DNA of 62,962 nucleotides, counting the filler, from Nitrospinota bacterium (GTDB lineage Bacteria > JAUXIQ01): NCBI GenBank assembly GCA_030620925.1. It is 16 parts of 16 records of this genome, joined end to end, with 100 filler letters (N's around TTAATTAATTAA, not from the genome) between each part and the next. Parts side by side here need not be neighbours in the genome. Positions count along the whole stretch, not along the records: positions 46,812 to 52,047 come from JAUXIQ010000169.1; positions 52,148 to 55,135 come from JAUXIQ010000376.1; positions 55,236 to 59,914 come from JAUXIQ010000206.1; positions 60,015 to 62,962 come from JAUXIQ010000383.1; 12 more parts are not named here. One strand, written 5' to 3'. Below, one piece after another: positions 51,783 to 61,177 of this stretch. The notes under the pieces were generated by a model that saw nothing but the letters and a program-made list of their open reading frames with translations, was not told the origin of the DNA and ran no database searches. Made by a program: the position numbers and the translations under genes. Position 1 is the first letter of the stretch; every line of letters starts with the position of its first letter.

Positions 51783-52047
51783 TGAGACTGAAAGACCTGA
51801 CAGACGAAGAACAGCTCCACCTGGGCAGTAACTCCTGCTCCGGCTGCGGCGCCTACCTGGGGCTGCGCCTGGCCCTCAAGGTGTTGGGGGAAAATACTAT
51901 TATCGTCAACCCCACGGGCTGCATCTCCGCCTGCACCATGATGGGGGAAACCAAGGTGCCTTTTTTCCATCCCCTTTTCGGCAACGCAGGGTCGATTATC
52001 AGCGGTATGGATACCGGCCTCCGAGTCCTGGGCAAGCGGGAGGGCAA
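51782..52047 (+). CDS. porB: 2-oxoacid:ferredoxin oxidoreductase beta subunit (partial)
   Basis: CSGCG, TGC, LFGNA. Confidence 0.88.
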
Positions 52048-52147
52048 NNNNNNNNNNNNNNNNNNNNNNNNNNNNNNNNNNNNNNNNNNNNTTAATTAAT
52101 TAANNNNNNNNNNNNNNNNNNNNNNNNNNNNNNNNNNNNNNNNNNNN

Positions 52148-52577
52148 ACACGTCTTCCGTGGGGCTGCATATTGAGGTGTCCTGTTCTCCGCAGACGGTA
52201 ATCAGCCCTATCTTCTTACCCGTCATTTCCGGTAGATATTCTTTTTGCCACTTCCAGGCCGCGTCGTAGAGGGCGCACCATCTGTCCAGGTAGGCTTTCA
52301 TCTGCGCCGTCATGGAGTAAATATATATGGGGACCGCATGTATTATGTAATCGGCCTCCCTCACGCGGGGGAGTATGGTCTGCATGTCGTCTTCGACGAC
52401 GCATACCCCCGTCTCGTTGCAGCCCGTGCAGTCGTTGCAGCCGCTTATGGTAAGCTCGTTGAGGACTATCTTCTCCGTCCTGGCTCCCTTTTCCGCCGCC
52501 CCTTTCAGGGCCTGTTCCAGCAACACGTCGCTGTTTCCACCCACTCTGGGGCTGCCCATTATTCCCAGCACGTACAT
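52148..52577 (-). CDS. Iron-sulfur flavoprotein / FMN reductase family (partial)
   Basis: GSPRVGGNS, CNDCTGC, CVVEDDM, KAYLDR. Confidence 0.88.
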
Positions 52578-52619
52578 CGTTTCCCCCCTTTTTCTTAGGT
52601 TATCATTTTCAGGACCGGA

Positions 52620-53798
52620 TCAGGCGTATTCGCTTATCTCCCCCACGGGGATGTTTTTCCGCAGGATGTTCCTGGCGATTATGTAGCGTTGGATTTCGTT
52701 GGTCCCGCCGGCTATCCTCCGCAGGCGCACGTCCCTGTATATTCGCTCGATGGGGAATTCGGTGGTGTAGCCGACGCCCCCGTGTATCTGCATGGCACTG
52801 TCCGCCACCCTGCACAGCATCTCCGAGAAGAAGACCTTGACCATGGATGAATCGTGCCGCACGTCCATGCCCTGGTCATACTTCCAGGCGAAGTTGTAGG
52901 TGAGCATCCTGGTGGCGTATATGTCGATAGCCATGTCCGCTATCATCCCCTGGATGAACTGCCTTTCACCGATGGGCTTTCCGAACTGGACGCGGATGTT
53001 GGCGTAGTCGCGGCACATTTCGAGCAGCATCTCGGCGGTGCCGATGGCCCTGCCGCCGTGCCTCCCCCGGCCTTCGGCGTAACTCTTGCCGAAGATAGTC
53101 AGGCCCTCGCCCTCATTGCCCAGCATGCTTTGGGAGGGGACCGTGCAGTTCTCAAAAGTCTCCTCGCACTGGTGCATGCCCCGGTTACCCATGGTCTCCT
53201 GGATGTTGGATACGCTGAAGCCCGGGGTGTCGGTTTCCACCAGGAAACAGGTGATGCCCCCCTTGGCCCGCTTGACCTTGTCGGTAACCGTCCAGACCTT
53301 GATGATGTCCGATACGTCCGCCCAGGTGGTGAAGCGTTTGTTTCCGTTGATGACAAAATTGTCCCCGTCCCGCTCGGCGGTGGTCTGGATGTTGGCCACG
53401 TCGGAGCCGGCGTCGGGCTCGGTCATCCCGATGGCCACGAACATCTCGCCGTTGCACAGCGGTCTGAGGTATTTTTCCTTCTGCTCGTCGTTTCCGTAGC
53501 GGGCGATCATGCTGTCCCCGCCGGAAAAGAGGAAACCGAATGCGTCTATGGTGCTGCCGAATGCCTCCGCCACTATGACCCTGCATAAAAGTCCCTGTCC
53601 GCCGCCACCGTATTCCTCCGGCTGGTCCAGGGCGTAGATGCCGATGTCCACGGATTTTTTGGCCAGCTTCAGCATGAGCTCTTTGGGGATATCGTTATTG
53701 CGCTCGATCTCCTCCTCCAGCGGTTTGCACTCTTCCTCTACGAACCTCCGGGCCACTCTCTTCAATGCGCGATACTCTTCGGGTATGGTGAAATCCAT
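52620..53798 (-). CDS. Acyl-CoA dehydrogenase family protein, tandem copy 2
   Basis: MTEPDAGSD, INGNK, RVQFGKPI, AMQIHGGVGY, IAGGTNEIQR. Confidence 0.93.
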   Translation of the reverse strand: MDFTIPEEYRALKRVARRFVEEECKPLEEEIERNNDIPKELMLKLAKKSVDIGIYALDQPEEYGGGGQGLLCRVIVAEAFGSTIDAFGFLFSGGDSMIARYGNDEQKEKYLRPLCNGEMFVAIGMTEPDAGSDVANIQTTAERDGDNFVINGNKRFTTWADVSDIIKVWTVTDKVKRAKGGITCFLVETDTPGFSVSNIQETMGNRGMHQCEETFENCTVPSQSMLGNEGEGLTIFGKSYAEGRGRHGGRAIGTAEMLLEMCRDYANIRVQFGKPIGERQFIQGMIADMAIDIYATRMLTYNFAWKYDQGMDVRHDSSMVKVFFSEMLCRVADSAMQIHGGVGYTTEFPIERIYRDVRLRRIAGGTNEIQRYIIARNILRKNIPVGEISEYA

Positions 53799-53841
53799 CC
53801 TCTCCTCCTTATGCCTGAGCGTCTGCCGGTCGAGGGTCGAG

Positions 53842-55020
53842 CTAAGCGTATTCGCTTATCTCGCCCACGGAGATGTTTTTCCTGAGGATGTTCCTGGCGA
53901 TTATGTAGCGTTGGATTTCGTTGGTCCCGCCGGCTATCCTCCTGAGGCGCACGTCCCTGTAAATACGCTCGATGGGGAACTCGGTGGTGTAGCCGACGCC
54001 CCCGTGTATTTGCATGGCGCTGTCCGCCACCCTGCACAGCATCTCCGAGAAGAAGACCTTGACCATGGATGAATCGTGTCTCACGTCCATGCCCTGGTCA
54101 TACTTCCAGGCGAAGTTGTAGGTGAGCATCCTGGTGGCATAAATGTCTATGGCCATGTCCGCTATCATCCCCTGGATGAACTGTCTCTCGCCGATGGGTT
54201 TACCGAACTGGACGCGGATGTTGGCGTAATCGCGGCACATTTCGAGCAGCATCTCGGCGGTGCCGATGGCCCTGCCGCCGTGCCGCCCCCGGCCCTCGGC
54301 GTAGGTCTTTCCGAAGATGGTCAGGCCCTCGCCTTCCGGCCCCAGCATGCTCTCAGAGGGGACCACGCAGTTCTCGAAAGTCTCCTCGCACTGGTGCATG
54401 CCCTTGTTACCCATGGTCTCCTGCACCTTGGTGACGCTGAAGCCCTGAGTGCCTGCTTCCACCAGGAAACAGGTGATGCCCCCCTTGGCCCGCTTGACCT
54501 TGTCGGTGACCGCCCAGACCTTGATGATGTCGGCGACGTCCCCCAGGGTGGTGAAGCGCTTGTTCCCGTTTATGATGTAGTTATCGCCGTCTTTCTCGGC
54601 GGTGGTCTGGATGCTGGCCACGTCGGAGCCGGCGTCGGGCTCGGTCATCCCGATGGCCACGAACATCTCGCCGTTGCACAACGGCCTGAGATATTTTTCC
54701 TTCTGCTCATCGCTTCCGTAGCGGGCGATCATGGTGTCCCCGCCGGCGTGCAGGAAATCGAAGGCGTCTGTGGTCCGTCCGAATTCCTCCGCCACCATGA
54801 CCCTGCACATCAGCCCTTCCCCGCCGCCCCCGTATTCCGCCGGCTGGTCGAGGGCGTAGATGCCGATGTCCACGGCCTTTTTGGCCATTTCTTTCATCAT
54901 CTCCTTTGGGAATTCGTTATTGCGCTCGACTTCTTCTTCCCGCGGGTTGCACTCTTCCTGCACGAACCTGCGGGCCACTTTCTTCAACGCACGATACTCT
55001 TCAGATATGGCAAAATCCAT
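53842..55020 (-). CDS. Acyl-CoA dehydrogenase family protein, tandem copy 1
   Basis: Same motifs; same 392-aa length as copy 2. Confidence 0.93.
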   Translation of the reverse strand: MDFAISEEYRALKKVARRFVQEECNPREEEVERNNEFPKEMMKEMAKKAVDIGIYALDQPAEYGGGGEGLMCRVMVAEEFGRTTDAFDFLHAGGDTMIARYGSDEQKEKYLRPLCNGEMFVAIGMTEPDAGSDVASIQTTAEKDGDNYIINGNKRFTTLGDVADIIKVWAVTDKVKRAKGGITCFLVEAGTQGFSVTKVQETMGNKGMHQCEETFENCVVPSESMLGPEGEGLTIFGKTYAEGRGRHGGRAIGTAEMLLEMCRDYANIRVQFGKPIGERQFIQGMIADMAIDIYATRMLTYNFAWKYDQGMDVRHDSSMVKVFFSEMLCRVADSAMQIHGGVGYTTEFPIERIYRDVRLRRIAGGTNEIQRYIIARNILRKNISVGEISEYA

Positions 55021-55235
55021 CCTCTCCTCCTCTTTAATGCCTCGAAAATCCGGTTAACCTCACATATTACAGGACATATTACGGGCAACAAAATCCGGCA
55101 AAATCCATTGGGCGCGGTAAGCAGCGCCCCTGAATNNNNNNNNNNNNNNNNNNNNNNNNNNNNNNNNNNNNNNNNNNNNTTAATTAATTAANNNNNNNNN
55201 NNNNNNNNNNNNNNNNNNNNNNNNNNNNNNNNNNN

Positions 55236-55392
55236 CGCAGCCGGACTCCCCCACCAGGCCGAAAACTTCTCCCTTTCTGACCTCCCAGTTGACATCGTCC
55301 ACGGCGGTGAGTAAGCCCCGCTTCATGTAAAACCTGGTGGTCAGCCCCTGGACCTTTAACACCTGGTCATTGCTTTGCTCCATCGGCTCCAT
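55236..55392 (-). CDS. Peptide/nickel ABC transporter ATPase (DppD-like), N-terminal fragment
   Basis: LKVQGL..AVDDV..GEVFGLVGESGC. Confidence 0.9.
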
Positions 55393-55412
55393 ACCTCTTA
55401 TTATGGTTCGGT

Positions 55413-56339
55413 CTATCTTTCCACCTGTCTGGGATCGAGTGCGTCCCTCAGACCATCCCCGAACAGGTTAAAACCCAGTACCGCCAGGGAAAGGACTATC
55501 CCCGGAAAGACGGAGAGATGGGGCGCCGTTTCCATGAACCCCCTCGCCGCGCTTAAATCGTTCCCCCAACTGGGTGTGGGCGGTTGAGCGCCTAACCCAA
55601 GGAATCCCAGGGCGGCGTCGATTATCATGAGGTAACCTATAGCAATCGTGGCCTGCACTATCACCGGAGACAGGCAGTTGGGAAGAATCTGTCGGAAGAT
55701 AATGTAGGGGTTGGATTCCCCCGTGGCCCTGCAGGCCTCTACGTATTCCTTCTCTTTCTCCTGCAGGAAGGTGCCCCTCACCAGGCGGGCCAGAAGGGGT
55801 ATTTGCGCTATGCCCAACACTATTATCATCGACCAATCACTCTCTGCAAATCCGTGGGCTCTGAAAATGGTTGCCATGACCAGAAAAAAGAGTATGCCCG
55901 GCATGGCCAGCCAGGCGTCCACCACTCTCATCAGTATGTTATCCACCATCTTCCCGAAATAGCCGGAAACCGCCCCCAGGGGCACTCCCGCCGATATACC
56001 CAGTAAAACGGCGGCCACGCTTATCCAGAGCGCACGCCTGGCTCCGTGTACCACCCGGGACCAGACGTCCCTGCCGTACTGGTCGGTCCCGAAGAAGTGT
56101 TTGAGTCCGGGTTTTTGCAATAGGGCATCCTGGTTCATGGCTATGGGGTCATACCTCTCGATGTAGGGTGCTAAGACTGCTATCAACACCAGCACTAAAA
56201 CGGTTACGGCCCCCCAGGCAGCCAGCTTGTTCTTGAATAGTTCGCCGGACACGTCCAAAAAGCGGTCGTAAATGGCTTTCACCCGCTCTGATAGAGGGGG
56301 TCTGGCCAGTTCCATCTGTCCGGCAACAGCATTTCGCAC
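55413..56339 (-). CDS. Peptide/nickel ABC permease (DppC-like)
   Basis: FGTDQYGRD, ARLVRG, EYVEA, PSWG, GDGLRDALDP. Confidence 0.92.
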   Translation of the reverse strand: MRNAVAGQMELARPPLSERVKAIYDRFLDVSGELFKNKLAAWGAVTVLVLVLIAVLAPYIERYDPIAMNQDALLQKPGLKHFFGTDQYGRDVWSRVVHGARRALWISVAAVLLGISAGVPLGAVSGYFGKMVDNILMRVVDAWLAMPGILFFLVMATIFRAHGFAESDWSMIIVLGIAQIPLLARLVRGTFLQEKEKEYVEACRATGESNPYIIFRQILPNCLSPVIVQATIAIGYLMIIDAALGFLGLGAQPPTPSWGNDLSAARGFMETAPHLSVFPGIVLSLAVLGFNLFGDGLRDALDPRQVER

Positions 56340-56366
56340 GTTCTTTTTCTCCCCGGTTCCTCACGC

Positions 56367-57317
56367 TCAGGATAGCTGAACCCTGGGGTCCACCCATTTA
56401 TAGAGAAGGTCTACGATCAGATTAATGGTCACAAACGCCGTGGCCAGAATCAGCACTCCGGCCTGGAGCACGGGGTAATCGCGGGCGTTTATGGAATTCC
56501 AGATCAGAAGCCCCACACCCGGCCACCCGAAGATTTGTTCGATGATGATGGTGCCGCCCAGCAGCCGGGCGAACCATAGCCCCGCCATGGTGATGGTGGG
56601 GATGAGTGCGTTTTTGAGCGTATATTTATAGATGACCATTCGCTGGGGAAGTCCCTGGGAGCGGGGTGTATTGACGTATTCTTTCTTCAGCTCGTCCAGC
56701 ATGCTGGAGCGGATCATGCGGGTGACTATCGCGCAGGGCAGAGCGGCCATCACCAGGGCGGGGAGCAGCAGATGCTTCAGGCTGGCGGCGGCATTTACCG
56801 TCAGGTCCACGTGCCCCATGCTGGGTAACCAGCCCAACTTTAATGAAAAAAACAGGATGAACATGAGGGCCAGCCAGAAACCGGGTATGGAGACCCCCAG
56901 CAGCGCGGCGACCATGGCCGCGTAATCCACACGGGTGTTCTTCTTAACCGCCGCAATGGTGCCCAGGGGAATGGCTACCAGCAACGCTATCAGAAAGGCC
57001 GCCGACGCCAGGTAGAGGGTGGCGGGTATAGCCTGGAAGACCAGCTTTTTGACCGGTTGCCGGGTGAATATGGACTGGCCGAAATCTCCATGCAGCAAAC
57101 TCCAGAGCCAGTCGAAGTATTGCACCATCACCGGCCTGTCCAGGCCAAGCTCTTTTATAAGGATTTCTCTGATTTCAGGGTCAGCGGCCTCGTCGGGAGG
57201 TACCAAGGCGTCTATGGGGTCGCCGGGAAGCATATGCGAGATGGAAAATATGAATAATGACAGTAAAAGGAGGACAGGTATAAGATAGATTATCCTGTTG
57301 ATAACATATCTGACCAT
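56367..57317 (-). CDS. Peptide/nickel ABC permease (DppB-like)
   Basis: PGDP, GLDRP, GDFGQS, RSSML, EQIFGWPGVG, DPR. Confidence 0.92.
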   Translation of the reverse strand: MVRYVINRIIYLIPVLLLLSLFIFSISHMLPGDPIDALVPPDEAADPEIREILIKELGLDRPVMVQYFDWLWSLLHGDFGQSIFTRQPVKKLVFQAIPATLYLASAAFLIALLVAIPLGTIAAVKKNTRVDYAAMVAALLGVSIPGFWLALMFILFFSLKLGWLPSMGHVDLTVNAAASLKHLLLPALVMAALPCAIVTRMIRSSMLDELKKEYVNTPRSQGLPQRMVIYKYTLKNALIPTITMAGLWFARLLGGTIIIEQIFGWPGVGLLIWNSINARDYPVLQAGVLILATAFVTINLIVDLLYKWVDPRVQLS

Positions 57318-57556
57318 CCACTCCCCCTCCCCGGAAGTATAGAAAGTATTGAATAGCCTGCTTTGAGTTCGGCTAAGATAACAAAAAGAATTATGTTATG
57401 CAAGGGATATTTTATATTGGTATAAATATTATTGATATAAGCCTAAAACCATTAATGATAACCATATATAGATGAATCAGAACACCATATTATAATTTGT
57501 TTTAGTATGGTATGAATGAGTAGAACAGAGGAATGTCGGAGTGCAGAGCGGGGAGG

Positions 57557-58081
57557 TTACAGCTTTCGCAGCCGGGCCCTTCGCTTACGCTCTTTCTTCG
57601 AGGCCCGCCGGGGGTTCCCTTTCTTCTTGGTGCCTGGAGGCCGTTGAGAGTAGTCTTCCTCGCCGGTGTCACCTTTCAATTCTGCGATTGCGGCGTACTC
57701 GACTTTGTCCATGAACTCCGGGGAGGAGATGGTGGTGCATCCGGCCCTTTCGACGGTGCGGGCCAGCGCGTTGTCTGAGGTGACGACTATCAGGCCGCCG
57801 CCCGATTTTCCTGCCGCGGCTTTTATGACGTCGTCCGCCTTTTGGGGGTGACGGCTGAAGACGACATCGATTCCGGCGATTTTAGTTTTTTTAGGATATA
57901 TCCCGCCTTCCAGGCTGCCGTCGAAGACCACGGTTATTTTGTTGGCCGTGATCTTTTTGTATCCTGCGAGTTTGTTTATGAGGCCTTCTCTGGCTTTTTC
58001 CAGGTCGCGGAGCATGCCACGGTTCATACCTTGCCCCGCCATCATCAGGTTGTAACCGTCCACGACTATTCTGGCGGCCAT
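57557..58081 (-). CDS. NYN-domain (YacP/Rae1-like) ribonuclease
   Basis: VDGYNL, VVFDG, ADD, VVTSD; basic C-terminal tail. Confidence 0.85.
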   Translation of the reverse strand: MAARIVVDGYNLMMAGQGMNRGMLRDLEKAREGLINKLAGYKKITANKITVVFDGSLEGGIYPKKTKIAGIDVVFSRHPQKADDVIKAAAGKSGGGLIVVTSDNALARTVERAGCTTISSPEFMDKVEYAAIAELKGDTGEEDYSQRPPGTKKKGNPRRASKKERKRRARLRKL

Positions 58082-58105
58082 GGTAAGCGACTCCGGTTTA
58101 GCGGG

Positions 58106-58600
58106 TTACTGTTCCTCCGGGGCGCAATCGGAGGGGTCTCCCTTGATTTTCTCTATGGTGTGGGGAATCGCGGGCAGGACCACCTGGAGGTTTTCTTTTG
58201 CGGCCTTCGGGCTGCCCGGCAGGTTTACGATGAGAGTTTCGCCCCTCAAACCCACGACCGCCCTGGATACCATGCCGTGGGGGGTGATCTTCATGCTCTC
58301 CATGCGCATGGCCTCGGCCATTCCGGGGACCTCTTTTTCTATGACTTGTCGAGTGGCCTCTGGGGTAACGTCCCTGGGGCTGACGCCCGTGCCGCCGGTG
58401 GTCAGTATCAGGTCCAGGCCGCTGGAGCAGAACTCGAGGAGTTTCTCTTTTATCTCTTCGACCTCGTCGGGGACTATCTGATATTCGACAACCGTGTAGC
58501 TGTCATCCGGGAGCATCTCCCGCAGCGTTTGGCCGCTCTTATCCTCCCTCTCCCCCCGGGAGCCCTTGTCACTGACGGTCAGTATGGCGCAGTTGATCAT
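58106..58600 (-). CDS. mog: Molybdopterin adenylyltransferase (Mog/MoaB)
   Basis: TVSD, TTGGTG..PRDVTPEAT, NLPGSP. Confidence 0.93.
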   Translation of the reverse strand: MINCAILTVSDKGSRGEREDKSGQTLREMLPDDSYTVVEYQIVPDEVEEIKEKLLEFCSSGLDLILTTGGTGVSPRDVTPEATRQVIEKEVPGMAEAMRMESMKITPHGMVSRAVVGLRGETLIVNLPGSPKAAKENLQVVLPAIPHTIEKIKGDPSDCAPEEQ

Positions 58601-58615
58601 GGCGTTCTATGGATA

Positions 58616-59776
58616 TTAGACCTTCGGCGCGACCGGCTTCCTCTCCTCGAGGAATGTCTCAAGCCGGTCCATGCCTTCGGCGATGTTATCGATGGAATTG
58701 GCGTAAGTGAACCTCAGGAAACCCTCGGCGTTCTTGCCGAAATCGATCCCGGGCGTAACGGCTACTTTCGCTTTCTCCAGCACTTCCAGGGCGAAGCTCA
58801 AGGAATCGTCGGTGAAGCGGCGGGCGTTGGCCAGCACGTAAAACGCGCCCGTCGGCTCACGAACCACCCCCAGCCCGATTTCTCTGAGGCGCTTCACCAT
58901 GAATTTTCTTCTGCGGTCGTATTCGGCCACCATGCGGTCCGTGTCCGGCCCGGCCTCTCGCAGCGCTGTAATGCCCGCCTGCTGAACGAAGGAGTTGGCG
59001 GAGATGAAGAATTTCTGGAGCATGCTCTGTATGGGCCTGATGAAGTCCTGGGGAACGATCATGTAGCCCAGCCGCCAGCCGGTCATGGCGTAGAGCTTGG
59101 AGAAACCGTTGAGCACGAAGGCTTTATCGGTGAACTCCAGCATGGAGTGTTCCTTCCCCTCATAGACCAGGCCGTGATAAATCTCGTCGGACACCACGTA
59201 GTTCCCCAGCGAGGCTATATCTTCCATTATTTCCTTTTCCAGCACGGCCCCCGTGGGGTTGGCCGGTGAGTTTATTACTATGCATCTGGTGTTTCCGTTC
59301 AGCCTCGATCTGACTTCGTCCACCGAATACTGGAAACCGTTGTCTTCGTAGACCTTGACAAAGGAGGGTGAACCGGAGAAGAAATCGATGAAGTTGGGGT
59401 AGCAGGCGTAATGAGGGTCGGGCAGGATGACTTCCTGCCCCGGATCGAGCAGGGTTGCGAAGATTACAAGCATGGCCGGGGAAGTGCCGGAAGTTATGAG
59501 CACCCTTTCGGGTGATACGTATACGCCGTATTTTTCGTGGTAGTGCTCCGAAACGGCCTCTCTCAGTTCCAGAAGCCCCAGGCTGTGGGTGTAGTGGGTC
59601 CGGTTATCGCTTAGGGCTTTTATAGCCGCTTCTTTGATGCAGGGAGGGGTATCGAAATCGGGCTCTCCCACTTCAAGATGGACGATGTTCGCCCCCTCAC
59701 GCTCCATGGACTGTGCGCGTTCCATAACCTCCATGGCCAGAAACGACGAAAATTTTTCTAATCTTTCGGGGATCAT
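58616..59776 (-). CDS. PLP-dependent aspartate aminotransferase family (class I)
   Basis: GEPDF, NSPANPTG, DEIY, FSKLYAMTGWRLG. Confidence 0.93.
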   Translation of the reverse strand: MIPERLEKFSSFLAMEVMERAQSMEREGANIVHLEVGEPDFDTPPCIKEAAIKALSDNRTHYTHSLGLLELREAVSEHYHEKYGVYVSPERVLITSGTSPAMLVIFATLLDPGQEVILPDPHYACYPNFIDFFSGSPSFVKVYEDNGFQYSVDEVRSRLNGNTRCIVINSPANPTGAVLEKEIMEDIASLGNYVVSDEIYHGLVYEGKEHSMLEFTDKAFVLNGFSKLYAMTGWRLGYMIVPQDFIRPIQSMLQKFFISANSFVQQAGITALREAGPDTDRMVAEYDRRRKFMVKRLREIGLGVVREPTGAFYVLANARRFTDDSLSFALEVLEKAKVAVTPGIDFGKNAEGFLRFTYANSIDNIAEGMDRLETFLEERKPVAPKV

Positions 59777-60014
59777 CGACGCAGTATCCTCTAAGTTAAG
59801 ACATTTTAATTAAAAATAAACCAATACTTATTTTAGCTTGCGCCATCAACGGTGTAAAGTCTCTATTACGAAAGCATTCCCGGTAATTGAATTTTCGCGC
59901 CTGGAAGGCGCTGCNNNNNNNNNNNNNNNNNNNNNNNNNNNNNNNNNNNNNNNNNNNNTTAATTAATTAANNNNNNNNNNNNNNNNNNNNNNNNNNNNNN
60001 NNNNNNNNNNNNNN

Positions 60015-60173
60015 AAATACCTGCACGCCAGGTATCCGGCGCAATTTTCCCACACTCCGGCACGCATAATATCCGCTCCGCCCACACCGGGAGAACATAC
60101 CGAAGAAATAGTATCCGGGCTGGGTTACTCAGCGAAAGAGCTTAAGAGATTCAAGGAAGAAAAGGTAATCTGA
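60015..60173 (+). CDS. CaiB/BaiF CoA-transferase, C-terminal fragment
   Basis: PAQFSHTP...APPTPGEHTEEI..LGYS..EEKVI*, matching the end of 31622-32836. Confidence 0.8.
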   Translation, partial: KYLHARYPAQFSHTPARIISAPPTPGEHTEEIVSGLGYSAKELKRFKEEKVI

Positions 60174-60248
60174 CCTCTTTTTCGTGAAGAAACTAATATC
60201 GGGGCTTCGATGCGCACTTAGCGGCGCGAGCGAGTCTACTGATCAGAG

Positions 60249-61073
60249 ATGGCAAACTGGCGTGAAAAACTATCCGAGACCCTGAGCTACATACGCGAAC
60301 GCTCGGGGTTGATACCGTCGCTGGGGATCGTTCTGGGCTCGGGCCTCGGCTCCTGTCTACCCGACATCCGGGAAGAGAACTCTTTTCTCTTTTCCGAGCT
60401 GCCCCACTTCGCCCGGCCCACCGTGGCAGGGCACCAGGGCCGGCTGGTATTAGGAAGAGCCTTCAACCGGGACATAGCCCTGATGCGAGGGAGAGTCCAT
60501 TATTATGAAGGCCATCCCCTGGAGGACGTGGTCTACCCCGTGCGTCTTTTAAAGGGGCTGGGCGCAGAGGCGCTGGTGGTTACCAACGCCTGCGGCGCGG
60601 TCAACGAGAGTTTCTCGCCCGGCGACATCATGGTCATTAAGGACCATATTAACTTCATGGGTGTGAACCCCCTGGCGGGGCAGGCGGTTCCGGAGGGTGC
60701 CGAACGCTTCCCGGACATGACGCATTGCTACGATGAAGAATATATCCGTCTCACCCGGAACGCCGCTCAGGTGCTGGATATGGTATTACGGGAAGGAGTG
60801 CTCATGGCATTCAACGGCCCTAACTACGAGACGCCCGCGGAGATAATCATGGCCCGTAACATGGGGGCCGACGCGGTCACCATGTCCACCGTGCCTGAGG
60901 TTATAGTCGCCCGTCAGCTCGAGATGCGGATTCTGGGCCTCTCCTGCATAACCAACATGGCAGCCGGGATTCTCGAAACTCCTCTGGAGCATGAGGACGT
61001 CCTGCGCGTGGCGGGGGAAGCCGCCCGTAAGCTGGACTCTCTCATCTCAACGGTCATCCCTCATCTACCATGA
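60249..61073 (+). CDS. punA: Purine nucleoside phosphorylase (trimeric PunA/XapA type)
   Basis: LGSGLG, GHQG, GRVHYYEG, DHIN, YETPAE, MSTVPE, TNMAAG. Confidence 0.92.
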   Translation: MANWREKLSETLSYIRERSGLIPSLGIVLGSGLGSCLPDIREENSFLFSELPHFARPTVAGHQGRLVLGRAFNRDIALMRGRVHYYEGHPLEDVVYPVRLLKGLGAEALVVTNACGAVNESFSPGDIMVIKDHINFMGVNPLAGQAVPEGAERFPDMTHCYDEEYIRLTRNAAQVLDMVLREGVLMAFNGPNYETPAEIIMARNMGADAVTMSTVPEVIVARQLEMRILGLSCITNMAAGILETPLEHEDVLRVAGEAARKLDSLISTVIPHLP

Positions 61074-61177
61074 TTTTCACCGGTCGGGAAAACACTTCTC
61101 ACTTGAAAGATTCGCTCAATGGGAAGAGACCGGGGGCTTAAGACGCTGAAGCCGCCGGTGCAAAGGGATCACGTTCT

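Noticed and set aside
52620-55020. Diversity-generating retroelement template/variable repeat pair
   Set aside because: It is a whole-gene duplication with mostly third-position differences that are not adenine-specific, and there is no reverse transcriptase.
5984-60014. Recurring TTAATTAATTAA between N runs as a repeat or CRISPR-like array; ORFs ending in XXXLIN
   Set aside because: It is an artificial six-frame-stop contig linker; associations across it are not biological.
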